From positions 84,873 through 148,872 of the forward strand of contig JAHFFE010000001.1 of the NCBI GenBank assembly GCA_023248155.1: a stretch of 64,000 nt of DNA, in the 5' to 3' direction. This stretch comes from Candidatus Omnitrophota bacterium. GTDB taxonomy: Bacteria > Omnitrophota > Gorgyraeia > 1-14-0-20-64-10. Under the pieces are notes generated by a model that saw only the letters and a program-made list of their open reading frames with translations, had not been told where the DNA came from and searched no databases. Positions 32,837 through 41,260 of this stretch are shown here, piece after piece. How positions within the stretch are numbered: the first letter of the stretch is position 1; every line of letters begins with the position of its first letter. The position numbers were made by a program, and so were the translations under genes.

Positions 32837-33534
32837 AACCGGTCGACCGGCTGATCGTCGCACTGGATCTGGAATTGCTGGACGACGCGGAAGCGATGGT
32901 GAAACGGCTGATGCCGCTGGGCGTCACCCATTTTAAAGTGGGGCTGAACCTGTTTACGTTGTACGGTCCGTCGGCCGCGGATGTGGTCCATCGCAATGGC
33001 GGCAAGGTGTTTCTGGATTTGAAATTCCATGATATTCCGAACACCGTCGGCAACGCCGTAGAAGCGGCCAGCCGGCTGGGCGTCTGGATGACGAATCTGC
33101 ATGCGCAGGGCGGCAGCGCGATGATGCGTAAAGGACTTTTATTCGCAAAAGGGCCGCTGTTAATCGGCGTTACGGTGCTGACGTCGATGGCCGACAAAGA
33201 GCTGGCTGAGCTGGGAATCGTAAAGCCGGTCAAAGAGCAGGTCCTTTATCTGGCGCGACTGGCCAAAGAATCCGGCTTGAACGGAATTGTCGCCTCTGCG
33301 CAGGAAGCCGCCGCGATCCGCTCGGCCTGCGGAAACGATTTTTTGATCATTACGCCGGGTGTGCGTCCCTCTTCGTCTGAGAAAAACGACCAGCAGAGAA
33401 CAGCCACTCCGGCCGAAGCGGTCGCCGCCGGCGCCGATTATATCGTGGTGGGCCGCCCGATTCTGGAAGCCAAAGACCCCATTGAAGTCGTTCAATCGAT
33501 TGTGCGAGAATTGGAAGGAAAGAGAGGACCCTAG
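32833..33534 (+). CDS. pyrF: orotidine-5'-phosphate decarboxylase
   Basis: LIVALDL...HFKVGLNLF...DLKFHDIPNTV motifs. Confidence 0.9.
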   Translation: MKPVDRLIVALDLELLDDAEAMVKRLMPLGVTHFKVGLNLFTLYGPSAADVVHRNGGKVFLDLKFHDIPNTVGNAVEAASRLGVWMTNLHAQGGSAMMRKGLLFAKGPLLIGVTVLTSMADKELAELGIVKPVKEQVLYLARLAKESGLNGIVASAQEAAAIRSACGNDFLIITPGVRPSSSEKNDQQRTATPAEAVAAGADYIVVGRPILEAKDPIEVVQSIVRELEGKRGP

Positions 33535-33538
33535 AACG

Positions 33539-34114
33539 ATGCGATCCGACGATGTGCTGAGATTCTTCAAGGAATGCGGCGCTTTACTGGAAGGGCATTT
33601 TGTTCTTTCCAGCGGTTTGCACAGTTCTCAATATATGCAATGCGCTCTTTTGCTTCAGCATCCGGCGGTCGCCTCCAAATTATGCCTGGCGCTGGCCGAG
33701 CGATTTGTCAATGATGACATCACCTGCGTCGTAGCGCCTGCCATGGGCGGCATCATCGTTGGGTATGAAACAGCGCGCCATCTGCGCGTCCGTTCGATCT
33801 TCGGTGAGCGCCAGGACGGAAAATTTACGCTGCGCCGCGGTTTTGCGCTGGGGCCGGCCGACCGCTGCCTGCTCGTCGAGGATGTGGTAACCACCGGTGG
33901 GTCGGTGGAGGAACTGGCTGAAGTCGTCAAAAATGCCGGCGCGGCGGTGGTCGGCTATGGCGCGATTGTCGACCGTTCCAACGGCTGGGCCGTGTTCGAT
34001 ACGAAATTCCATGCATTGTTGAGCATGGAGATCAAAACATTCGAAGAGGCGCAATGCCCCATGTGCAAAGAAGGAATTCCAATCACCAAGCCGGGCAGCC
34101 GCGGCCTTAAATAG
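33539..34114 (+). CDS. pyrE: orotate phosphoribosyltransferase
   Basis: LLEGHFVLSSGLHSSQY...LLVEDVVTTGGSV PRTase motif. The ORF-track start at 33359 is an in-frame upstream extension. Confidence 0.85.
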   Translation: MRSDDVLRFFKECGALLEGHFVLSSGLHSSQYMQCALLLQHPAVASKLCLALAERFVNDDITCVVAPAMGGIIVGYETARHLRVRSIFGERQDGKFTLRRGFALGPADRCLLVEDVVTTGGSVEELAEVVKNAGAAVVGYGAIVDRSNGWAVFDTKFHALLSMEIKTFEEAQCPMCKEGIPITKPGSRGLK

Positions 34115-34154
34115 ACCCTCAGTTCCATCCTCGTATCCATGCTACAATAATTTT

Positions 34155-35024
34155 ATGCATTCGTTTATTCGATTGCTCCGTTTGCGGCATTGGGTAAAAA
34201 ACAGTATTATTTTTGCTCCAGTCTTATTCTCCAAGCAATTTCTGAACCCTCTCATTTTAATCAAAGCGTGGGCCGGCTTTTTTGGACTCTGCGCCATTGC
34301 CAGCCTCGTTTATCTCATCAACGATTTCGTCGACATTGAAAAAGATCGCCAACATCCCATTAAACGAGAGCGACCGCTTGCCTCCGGTGCTGTTCGGCCG
34401 CTTGAAGCGATGGTTCTGGCCGTTGTTTTGGTTGGCCTTGCCTTTTTGCCGGCCATTATACTGGGAAGACAATTTGGTCTGATACTGGTTTTGTATGTGA
34501 TCAATAACCTGCTCTATTCGCTCTGGCTTAAAAACAAGGTGATTTTGGATGCGATGACGATTGCCGTTGGATTTTATCTGCGCATGCTGGCCGGTGTTGC
34601 GGTCTGCCAGGTCATTCCATCGGCGTGGATTTTGCTGGCCACATTTTTTGTGGCGTTGTTTCTGGCGTTTGGGAAACGGCGCGCCGAACTTCTGCAGTTG
34701 GGGGATGAGGCCAAGGTCCACCGAACGGTGTTAGGCAGTTATACTAAAAATTTTCTGGATCAAATCTTGGTTATTCTTGCCACAATGATTATTTTGACCT
34801 ACAGTTTGTATGCTTATTCTGATTATGCGCGACTACGGTTTGGAACCGAAGCACTGGTTTATACGATTCCGTTTGTGATTTACGGCATTTTTCGTTATTT
34901 TTATCTGATTCAAAACTCTTCTCGGGAATCGGACCCTATCCTTCTTTTAACACAGGATAAACCTTCGGGAGTTTGTCTTCTTTTGTGGCTGATCAGCTCT
35001 GTTCTTATCATCTATCGCTATTAA
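34155..35024 (+). CDS. UbiA-family prenyltransferase, polyprenyl-phosphate phosphoribosyltransferase-like (DPPR-synthase-like)
   Basis: NDFVDIEKDRQHPIKRERPLASGAV motif; ~8 TM; AT-richer. Confidence 0.75.
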   Translation: MHSFIRLLRLRHWVKNSIIFAPVLFSKQFLNPLILIKAWAGFFGLCAIASLVYLINDFVDIEKDRQHPIKRERPLASGAVRPLEAMVLAVVLVGLAFLPAIILGRQFGLILVLYVINNLLYSLWLKNKVILDAMTIAVGFYLRMLAGVAVCQVIPSAWILLATFFVALFLAFGKRRAELLQLGDEAKVHRTVLGSYTKNFLDQILVILATMIILTYSLYAYSDYARLRFGTEALVYTIPFVIYGIFRYFYLIQNSSRESDPILLLTQDKPSGVCLLLWLISSVLIIYRY

Positions 35025-35043
35025 TCGGGTGGACGAGTAAAAA

Positions 35044-36057
35044 ATGAAAATCTTGTTAACCGGTGCTCCCGGCTGGCTTGGAAATCGTTGTCTTGAAGTT
35101 TTTTTGAACGGGTACCATGGAGAAGGTTCCGCGCTTCCGGCCGCCGAATTCCGCTGTCTTGTTTTGCCCGGGACCGATTTGAGTTCTTTTAGAAAAATCT
35201 ATCCCGTTGCTGAGATTGCCGAAGGCGACGTCCGTGACCCCTCCTCCTTGAAAAAAGCGGTTCAGGGCATTGATGCAGTAGTTCATCTGGTCGGCGTAAT
35301 CCATCCGAAAAAGGTTCTAGACTGGACTCAGATTAATGCTGAGGGAACCCGGCATTTAATCCAGGCTTGCGTTGAGGCTGGCGTGCGGCGCGTGATTCAT
35401 ATCAGCAGCAACTCGGTTGCCGGCACCACTCGGCAGCCGGTTTTAATGACCGAAACCGATCTGCCGAATCCGTATCTGGGCTATGGCCGCAGTAAATATC
35501 AGGCGGAGCAATTTGTGCAGAATGGGTGCCGTCGGCATGGACTGGAAGCCGTTATTTTACGGCCCTGCTGGTATTATGGCCCAGGCCAGCCGGATCGGCA
35601 AACGCGGTTTCTCAAGATGATCAAAAACGGCCATCCGCTCATTTTTGGAAACGGCCAGAATTTAAGAAGCATGTCTTACCTGGACAATACCATTCAGGCA
35701 ATCATCCAGGCGATCCGGACTCCGGTCGCCAACGGCCAGGTCTACTGGATTGCCGATGAGAAACCGTACAAAACAATCGAGATTTATGAAACAGTCGCCC
35801 GGCTTTTGAACGTTAAAAAAATGACGCCGCGCTATTTGCCCGACCTGATTTCCGAAGCTTGTCTGGCGGCCGACACGGTATTGCAGGCGGCCGGAATTTA
35901 TATTTCTGAAATTCATGTGGCCGGCGAACTGAATAAACATATTGCCTGCAGCATAGAAAAAGCGAAAAAAGAACTCGGCTATGCGCCGGCGGTGGGGTTG
36001 GAAGAAGGCTGGCGCCGGTCGATTGACTGGTGCCGAAAAACAGGCGTGGAGATTTAA
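35044..36057 (+). CDS. NAD-dependent epimerase/dehydratase (extended SDR)
   Basis: N-terminal LLTGAPGWLGNR Rossmann motif; YGRSK catalytic motif. Confidence 0.8.
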   Translation: MKILLTGAPGWLGNRCLEVFLNGYHGEGSALPAAEFRCLVLPGTDLSSFRKIYPVAEIAEGDVRDPSSLKKAVQGIDAVVHLVGVIHPKKVLDWTQINAEGTRHLIQACVEAGVRRVIHISSNSVAGTTRQPVLMTETDLPNPYLGYGRSKYQAEQFVQNGCRRHGLEAVILRPCWYYGPGQPDRQTRFLKMIKNGHPLIFGNGQNLRSMSYLDNTIQAIIQAIRTPVANGQVYWIADEKPYKTIEIYETVARLLNVKKMTPRYLPDLISEACLAADTVLQAAGIYISEIHVAGELNKHIACSIEKAKKELGYAPAVGLEEGWRRSIDWCRKTGVEI

Positions 36058-36059
36058 CA

Positions 36060-37097
36060 ATGCCCACCGTATTAATCACGGGCGGATCCGGTTTCTTTGG
36101 GCAGCATCTGTGCCGCCGGTTTTTACAGGGCGGGTACAAGGTTCGCGTACTCGACCGTACGCCGTTTCATGCGCCGGACCTTGAATCAAAGATCGAATTC
36201 ATTCAGGGGGATTTACAGGATTCGGACGTGGTCCTCCGGGCGGTTTCCGGATGCGAAATCGTGATTCATAATGCGGCCGTGGTTCCGTTGTCGCGCGCCG
36301 GAAAAGAATACTGGAACGTTAATGTGAACGGCACCCGCAATGTGCTGGCCGCTGCGCATGAAAACCACGTACGAAAACTGGTCCATATCTCGACGAGCGC
36401 CGTTTACGGTGACCCGGTTCATATGCCGATTGATGAAACAACACCGTTTACGCCGTTTGGTCAATATGGCCGGTCCAAGCAGGAAGCAGAATCGCTTTGC
36501 CAGACGTTCAAGAAAAACGGGCTGGACATCACCATCATCCGGCCTCGGCCGATTTTAGGATCGGGACGGCTGGGTATTCTTTACCTGCTGTTGGAATGGA
36601 TTCGGGAAGGGAAGAACTTTTACATTATGGGATCGGGTCGGAATAAATTTCAGCTAATCAGCGCTCAGGATTTAGCGCAGGTCTGCTGGCTGGCGTTTAA
36701 GAAACCGTGCCTGAATGAAGATTTCAATATCGGCACCGAAACTTTTTCCACGCTGCGCGAAGATTTGGAAGCACTGGCGCAGCATGCAGGAACCGGATCG
36801 CGCATCATTAGCCTTCCGGTGCTTCCGGCCCGCGTGATTCTCTGGTTTTTGGATCTGCTGCATTTGGCGCCGCTGGTCGGATGGCATTACCGGCTCTTGG
36901 AGCGTGATTTCTGGTTCTCCACCGAAAAAGCGAAGAGAATTCTGGGTTGGTCCAGCCGGCAGAGCAATGTACAAATGCTAATTGCCACCTACGACTGGTA
37001 TAGTGCCCATTATCGCGAATACGAACATTTTTCGGGAACCACGCATCAGTCTAAAGTGAAAATGGGCCTGCTGAATTTTCTCAAGAAGATTTCGTAG
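36060..37097 (+). CDS. NAD-dependent epimerase/dehydratase (extended SDR)
   Basis: MPTVLITGGSGFFGQHL...; YGRSK motif. ATG at 36060 follows the upstream stop by 2 nt. Confidence 0.8.
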   Translation: MPTVLITGGSGFFGQHLCRRFLQGGYKVRVLDRTPFHAPDLESKIEFIQGDLQDSDVVLRAVSGCEIVIHNAAVVPLSRAGKEYWNVNVNGTRNVLAAAHENHVRKLVHISTSAVYGDPVHMPIDETTPFTPFGQYGRSKQEAESLCQTFKKNGLDITIIRPRPILGSGRLGILYLLLEWIREGKNFYIMGSGRNKFQLISAQDLAQVCWLAFKKPCLNEDFNIGTETFSTLREDLEALAQHAGTGSRIISLPVLPARVILWFLDLLHLAPLVGWHYRLLERDFWFSTEKAKRILGWSSRQSNVQMLIATYDWYSAHYREYEHFSGTTHQSKVKMGLLNFLKKIS

Positions 37098-37110
37098 ATT
37101 TGAAGGAAGG

Positions 37111-37186
37111 TGGTGCCGAGGCGCGGAATTGAACCGCGGACGCCAGGATTTTCAGTCCTGCGCTCTACCAACTGAGCTACCTCGGC
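37111..37186 (-). tRNA. tRNA-Phe (anticodon GAA), CCA encoded
   Basis: Reverse complement GCCGAGGTAGCTCAGTTGGTAGAGCGCAGGACTGAAAATCCTGGCGTCCGCGGTTCAATTCCGCGCCTCGGCACCA. Confidence 0.85.
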
Positions 37187-37189
37187 AGT

Positions 37190-38470
37190 ATGTTTTGGAA
37201 GCTTTTATTATACCAGAGATCAGGCGCAGCGATATTTCATGAATTCCGGGTCTGGTGGTACGATAAAAGAATGGAGTATTCCGGCGACTCGCCAAAAGGC
37301 TCTTTCCGAATAGCCAAAGTTTCTTTTACCGCCCAAAGTGTCTGTGTAAAAATTGTTCTTGTCATAGAAAACAACTTTCTGGAATTTCTGCGACGCGTTT
37401 TTTGGCCGAGACAGAAGCCGCAACAAAGCCACCGGATATGTATTTATCGGATCGGAAACCTGGGCGATATTCTCTGCGCGATCCCTGCCATGTGGGCGAT
37501 TCGTCAGGCCTATCCATCGGCTCACCTTACCCTGCTGACTTCCCCAGGAACCAAAGGAATGCCCGGAGCTGAGCAGCTCCTTGCGGGTGCGGGCTGGCTG
37601 GACAATCTTTTTGTTTACTACGCTGAAGAGATCAATAATTTTTCTAAACAACGGCAGTTTTTAGATCAATTGCGCTCGCAAAAATTCGATCTTTGGATCG
37701 AATTGCCAAATGATCTTTCCAACATGCTGATTTCTATAAGAAACATGGTGTTGGCGCGGCTTTCTGGTGCTTGCTGGGGCTATGGATGGCGGATTAACAC
37801 GGTTGCTTTCTGGAGACGTGCGCAATTTGAGAAAGGCGCATTTCCGAGTGAGACGGAACGGTTGCTGAAAGTAGTCGCTCAGGCAGGTATAGAACCCGGG
37901 AATGTTTCGTTCCCTTTGCCGCTGACCGAACAACACCGTCAAAGCGTTAATGGTTTGCTGGAAAAATATGGAATTGATATAAAACGGTTGATCGCGATTG
38001 CTCCAGGCGCCAAACGTGCTCTGAATCGCTGGCCGGCCGAACAATTTGCAGATGTCGGCCGGCGGTTCGTCCAGCGTGGTTTTCAGATTGCATTGATTGG
38101 TGGCGCGCAGGATCAGATTATTTGCCGGGAAATATCGGAAAAAATTGGCTCAGGCAGTTACGATCTTTCCGGGAAAACAACTCCACTGGAATCTTGCGAA
38201 CTGTTGAAAAGATGCCGTCTGTTGATCGCGAACGATTCAGGGGTTCAACACATGGCTGCGGCGGTTAACACGCGATGTATTTCACTATTTTCCTGCCGAG
38301 ATATGCCCGGCAAGTGGCACCCTTACGGCAGTCAAAATATTGTGCTGAGAAAATGGGTTCAATGTTGCGGCTGTTTGCTTGAAACATGCCCCTATGACAA
38401 TCAGTGCATCAAGCTGATTCAGGCCAGCGATGTGGAAGAGGCTGCTGGAGGCTTAACCGCCTGGACATAG
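37190..38470 (+). CDS. glycosyltransferase family 9 (heptosyltransferase-like). The true start probably lies downstream of the listed one, since the GT9 core begins near RICIYRIGNLGDIL.
   Basis: GT9 motifs ...IGNLGDILCAIPAMWAIRQAYP... and C-terminal ...IANDSGVQHMAAAV.... The listed start abuts tRNA-Phe. Confidence 0.7.
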   Translation: MFWKLLLYQRSGAAIFHEFRVWWYDKRMEYSGDSPKGSFRIAKVSFTAQSVCVKIVLVIENNFLEFLRRVFWPRQKPQQSHRICIYRIGNLGDILCAIPAMWAIRQAYPSAHLTLLTSPGTKGMPGAEQLLAGAGWLDNLFVYYAEEINNFSKQRQFLDQLRSQKFDLWIELPNDLSNMLISIRNMVLARLSGACWGYGWRINTVAFWRRAQFEKGAFPSETERLLKVVAQAGIEPGNVSFPLPLTEQHRQSVNGLLEKYGIDIKRLIAIAPGAKRALNRWPAEQFADVGRRFVQRGFQIALIGGAQDQIICREISEKIGSGSYDLSGKTTPLESCELLKRCRLLIANDSGVQHMAAAVNTRCISLFSCRDMPGKWHPYGSQNIVLRKWVQCCGCLLETCPYDNQCIKLIQASDVEEAAGGLTAWT

Positions 38471-39174
38471 AGTGAAAATGGTTCGGGAGGATCGATAAAA
38501 TCGAAAAGTTGCAACGGCCAACTGAAGAGAAATAGAGGGAAAGCCGCCGCATCGCCACCTAATCCTCTAAGCCGCCGAACAGCCCGATCCAGCTGAACAA
38601 GCAGTGGCGATCCTAGGCCAACGGCTTGAATTAACTGAAATCCGATTGGCTCTAAAAGTTCGCGGTAACTTTCCAGTGTGTATCCATCCCGCACGTGCCC
38701 CCCATCCTCAGGATTATCAATTCGTCCGAGATGATGCTCGGGATGTAATGCGTAAGGACAACAGAGATGTAATACGCCATTAGGACGCAGGAGATCGTAA
38801 AACGATTGCAAGATCAGCCCATCTTCACGAATGTGCTCCAGAGTTTCGGAGCAAATGATCTGATCGAATTGTTTGCCAAGTTTTGGCAACTCATAAAGGT
38901 TGTAGGACTGAAACTCAAGCCGAGAAGGATCTGTCCTGAGAAAACTAAATAGAGCCGAACACTTCGCTGTTTCCTGATTATTATAGGTAAGCCCCAGTAC
39001 GCGGTTTCCTTTTTGATAGGCAGCATAAGCAAGAGCTCCATTGCCGCACCCCGCATCCAGTGTATCTAAGGTGCCTGATCGAAAGAATTTGGGAAGAAAA
39101 CGATAACGGCACCTGGTATGTAAATCTAAGCCGGGAAATAAGAGTTGCTTAAGGAGAAGATTTGTATTGTTCAT
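38419..39174 (-). CDS. class I SAM-dependent methyltransferase
   Basis: Motif I LDAGCGNGALA. Start chosen at MNNTNLLL (the ORF-track frame extends further upstream). Confidence 0.75.
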   Translation of the reverse strand: MNNTNLLLKQLLFPGLDLHTRCRYRFLPKFFRSGTLDTLDAGCGNGALAYAAYQKGNRVLGLTYNNQETAKCSALFSFLRTDPSRLEFQSYNLYELPKLGKQFDQIICSETLEHIREDGLILQSFYDLLRPNGVLHLCCPYALHPEHHLGRIDNPEDGGHVRDGYTLESYRELLEPIGFQLIQAVGLGSPLLVQLDRAVRRLRGLGGDAAAFPLFLFSWPLQLFDFIDPPEPFSLYVQAVKPPAASSTSLA

Positions 39175-39320
39175 ATTGTAATAACGGGGCCGACGGGACG
39201 ATTTTGGAACCGGCCTAGACCCCACTAACGGTGATTTTAGCAGGTTTTTGGAGGAGTTTCGAGTCTGGTGCCTAACAAAAGAGGCCGAAAACTGGATCAG
39301 CTGAACGATCATTTAAGGAA

Positions 39321-40136
39321 TCAGATTATAGAGGCGATATGAATAATAGCATACAGCTCTTTGCCCCACCAGCAGCTGAGTAGTTTGGAAACCAGATTCC
39401 GGGCGTTGTCACGGATCACGATCTCCACGCGGCTTTGTGGGAACTGTTGCTGCAGGAATTTTTTAAGCGCTGACGGAGTATACAGATTAATATGCATAGT
39501 TTCATAGAGGTCTCTTGGCGGAAAAACCTCAAAAGTTCTCCGGAACCAGGCTTTCCAGGCGTATTCTTTTCGCTTGCCGCGGATTGCTTTGGAAATCCGG
39601 GTTATGATCGTGAATGGCAAAGAAAGCGCCCGTTTAAGCGGGAATAAACAGGTCTCATAATAAACATTATCGGTGTGGATGACGATTCGGGCCCCTGAAT
39701 TCAGGTGAGGCCGCATGCGGCTGAAGAATTCCTGAAGTTGGCTCGTGGTTAGATGCTCCACGACATCCAGCAAAAAAACCAGATCATAATTTTTATTAAA
39801 TTTAAACGAGCCGATATCTTTCTGATAAACCTCTGTTTGGGAGGAAGCGGAGAGCGGCTGGAGTGTCTCTTTCGTGATTTCTACGGCGGCCTGGCTGAAA
39901 TCGACGGCGATTACTTTGCAGCCAGCCTTGGCGCATTGATACGTGATTTCCCCGCGCCCGCAACCCATGTCCAGCACTGTCTCGCCGGCTTTGGGATCGG
40001 CCAGCTCAAACGCCCATTGTTGGCGGGGGGGCAGCCGGTTTCCCCTGGAGAGCTGATATAATTCGTACCCTCCCGCACTTTTCAGAAAATAATCTCTTGT
40101 ATAAATATCGGGAGGCAGTGCGGAAGCAGTATCCAA
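39321..40136 (-). CDS. class I SAM-dependent methyltransferase
   Basis: Motif I VLDMGCGRGEIT; motif IV DLVFLLDVVEHL. Confidence 0.75.
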   Translation of the reverse strand: MDTASALPPDIYTRDYFLKSAGGYELYQLSRGNRLPPRQQWAFELADPKAGETVLDMGCGRGEITYQCAKAGCKVIAVDFSQAAVEITKETLQPLSASSQTEVYQKDIGSFKFNKNYDLVFLLDVVEHLTTSQLQEFFSRMRPHLNSGARIVIHTDNVYYETCLFPLKRALSLPFTIITRISKAIRGKRKEYAWKAWFRRTFEVFPPRDLYETMHINLYTPSALKKFLQQQFPQSRVEIVIRDNARNLVSKLLSCWWGKELYAIIHIASII

Positions 40137-40171
40137 ATTTCAAGTCCTTAAGAGGTCATCTATTTGAAAAA

Positions 40172-40246
40172 CGGGGCCGACGGGATTTGAACCCGCGATC
40201 TTCAGATTGACAATCTGACGCGTTAGGCCGGCTACGCTACGACCCC
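40172..40246 (-). tRNA. tRNA-Asp (anticodon GTC)
   Basis: Reverse complement GGGGTCGTAGCGTAGCCGGCCTAACGCGTCAGATTGTCAATCTGAAGATCGCGGGTTCAAATCCCGTCGGCCCCG. Confidence 0.85.
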
Positions 40247-40289
40247 TCTAAGGACACTAGTATAGCAAAAAAAGATAGTTCCGAAAGCA

Positions 40290-40366
40290 TGGTGGGCGAA
40301 ACAGGGCTCGAACCTGTGACCCCTTCCGTGTAAAGGAAGTGCTCTAACCAACTGAGCTATTCGCCC
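40290..40366 (-). tRNA. tRNA-Val (anticodon TAC), CCA encoded
   Basis: Reverse complement GGGCGAATAGCTCAGTTGGTTAGAGCACTTCCTTTACACGGAAGGGGTCACAGGTTCGAGCCCTGTTTCGCCCACCA. Confidence 0.85.
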
Positions 40367-40438
40367 GCTAAGGTGTTCTTTCATTAAAGCATAAAAAGGG
40401 AGATTGCCGAACAGAGAATTTCTGAAAACTCTGTTAAA

Positions 40439-41260
40439 ATGTTTTTAATGCGCCCACTAGAAAAACAGCTTCTTTCCCTGCGACATCACCCAGCCCTCAA
40501 AAAAACAGACTGGATTTGGAACTGTCTCCGTCCTTGCTATGATGCCGTGCTTGCGTTGGTTGCTTTTAAAGGGATGGAACGAGTGATGAATGGAACGGAC
40601 AAGATATTCCTTCATCCTCAATCCAGACATACTCTGGAAACATACGAACCGAATGTTTGGAAACATGTCATGGGAGAGATTCGCAGCGGAGATGTTGTTG
40701 TGGATGTGGGCGCAAATATTGGATTGTATACGATTGCTCTCGCAAAGAGGGTTGGCCCAGAAGGCACAGTGATCGCCTTTGAGCCGGACTCTGACAATTT
40801 CCACGCTTTAAGAAAAAACGTAAAACTTAATCAGATCGAACATCAAGTTCAGCTCATAAGAGCGGCTGTGGGCGACTTCCCAGGAGAAGTTTCCTTATCA
40901 AAAGCACAGATGGAATCCCATGTTTTGTCTGATGCAGCCCAAGGAAGCGAAAGAGTTCCGATGGTAACTCTAGACGATGTTTGTAAGCAAAAGATAGACA
41001 TTCTCAAGATTGACATCGAAGGCTATGAAGAAAAAGCTCTTCTCGGTGCGAGCCGTCTTTTAGAAGATTCCGAAAGATCTCCGCGCTGTATCTATCTCGA
41101 AGTTCATCCATTTGCATGGCCAAGCGTTGGCACAACCTCGGAATCGTTGCTTACTTTGCTCGAAAAATTGGGATATCAAGCGGAATATATCGATGGGGGA
41201 ATTGTTCATCGGATTGATTACTGGGGAGAGATCATTGCCCGAAAAAACGATAAGAATTAA
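40439..41260 (+). CDS. FkbM-family methyltransferase
   Basis: VVDVGANIGLYTIALA...FEPDSDNF...KIDIEGYEEKAL. Confidence 0.8.
   Translation: MFLMRPLEKQLLSLRHHPALKKTDWIWNCLRPCYDAVLALVAFKGMERVMNGTDKIFLHPQSRHTLETYEPNVWKHVMGEIRSGDVVVDVGANIGLYTIALAKRVGPEGTVIAFEPDSDNFHALRKNVKLNQIEHQVQLIRAAVGDFPGEVSLSKAQMESHVLSDAAQGSERVPMVTLDDVCKQKIDILKIDIEGYEEKALLGASRLLEDSERSPRCIYLEVHPFAWPSVGTTSESLLTLLEKLGYQAEYIDGGIVHRIDYWGEIIARKNDKN

Noticed and set aside
34155-37097. Complete decaprenyl-phospho-arabinose (DPA) pathway
   Set aside because: Only the UbiA/DPPR-synthase-like step and SDR epimerases are present. There is no DprE1-type FAD oxidase in the window, so only a generic prenyl-phosphate pentose donor hypothesis is reported.
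38419-40136. Restriction-modification or other defence function for the two adjacent methyltransferases flanked by tRNAs
   Set aside because: Both are class I small-molecule/sugar-type MTases (motif I plus motif IV D-x-V-x-x-x-x-V-x-E-H). They have no DPPY/NPPY DNA-MTase motif and no nuclease, helicase or specificity partner.
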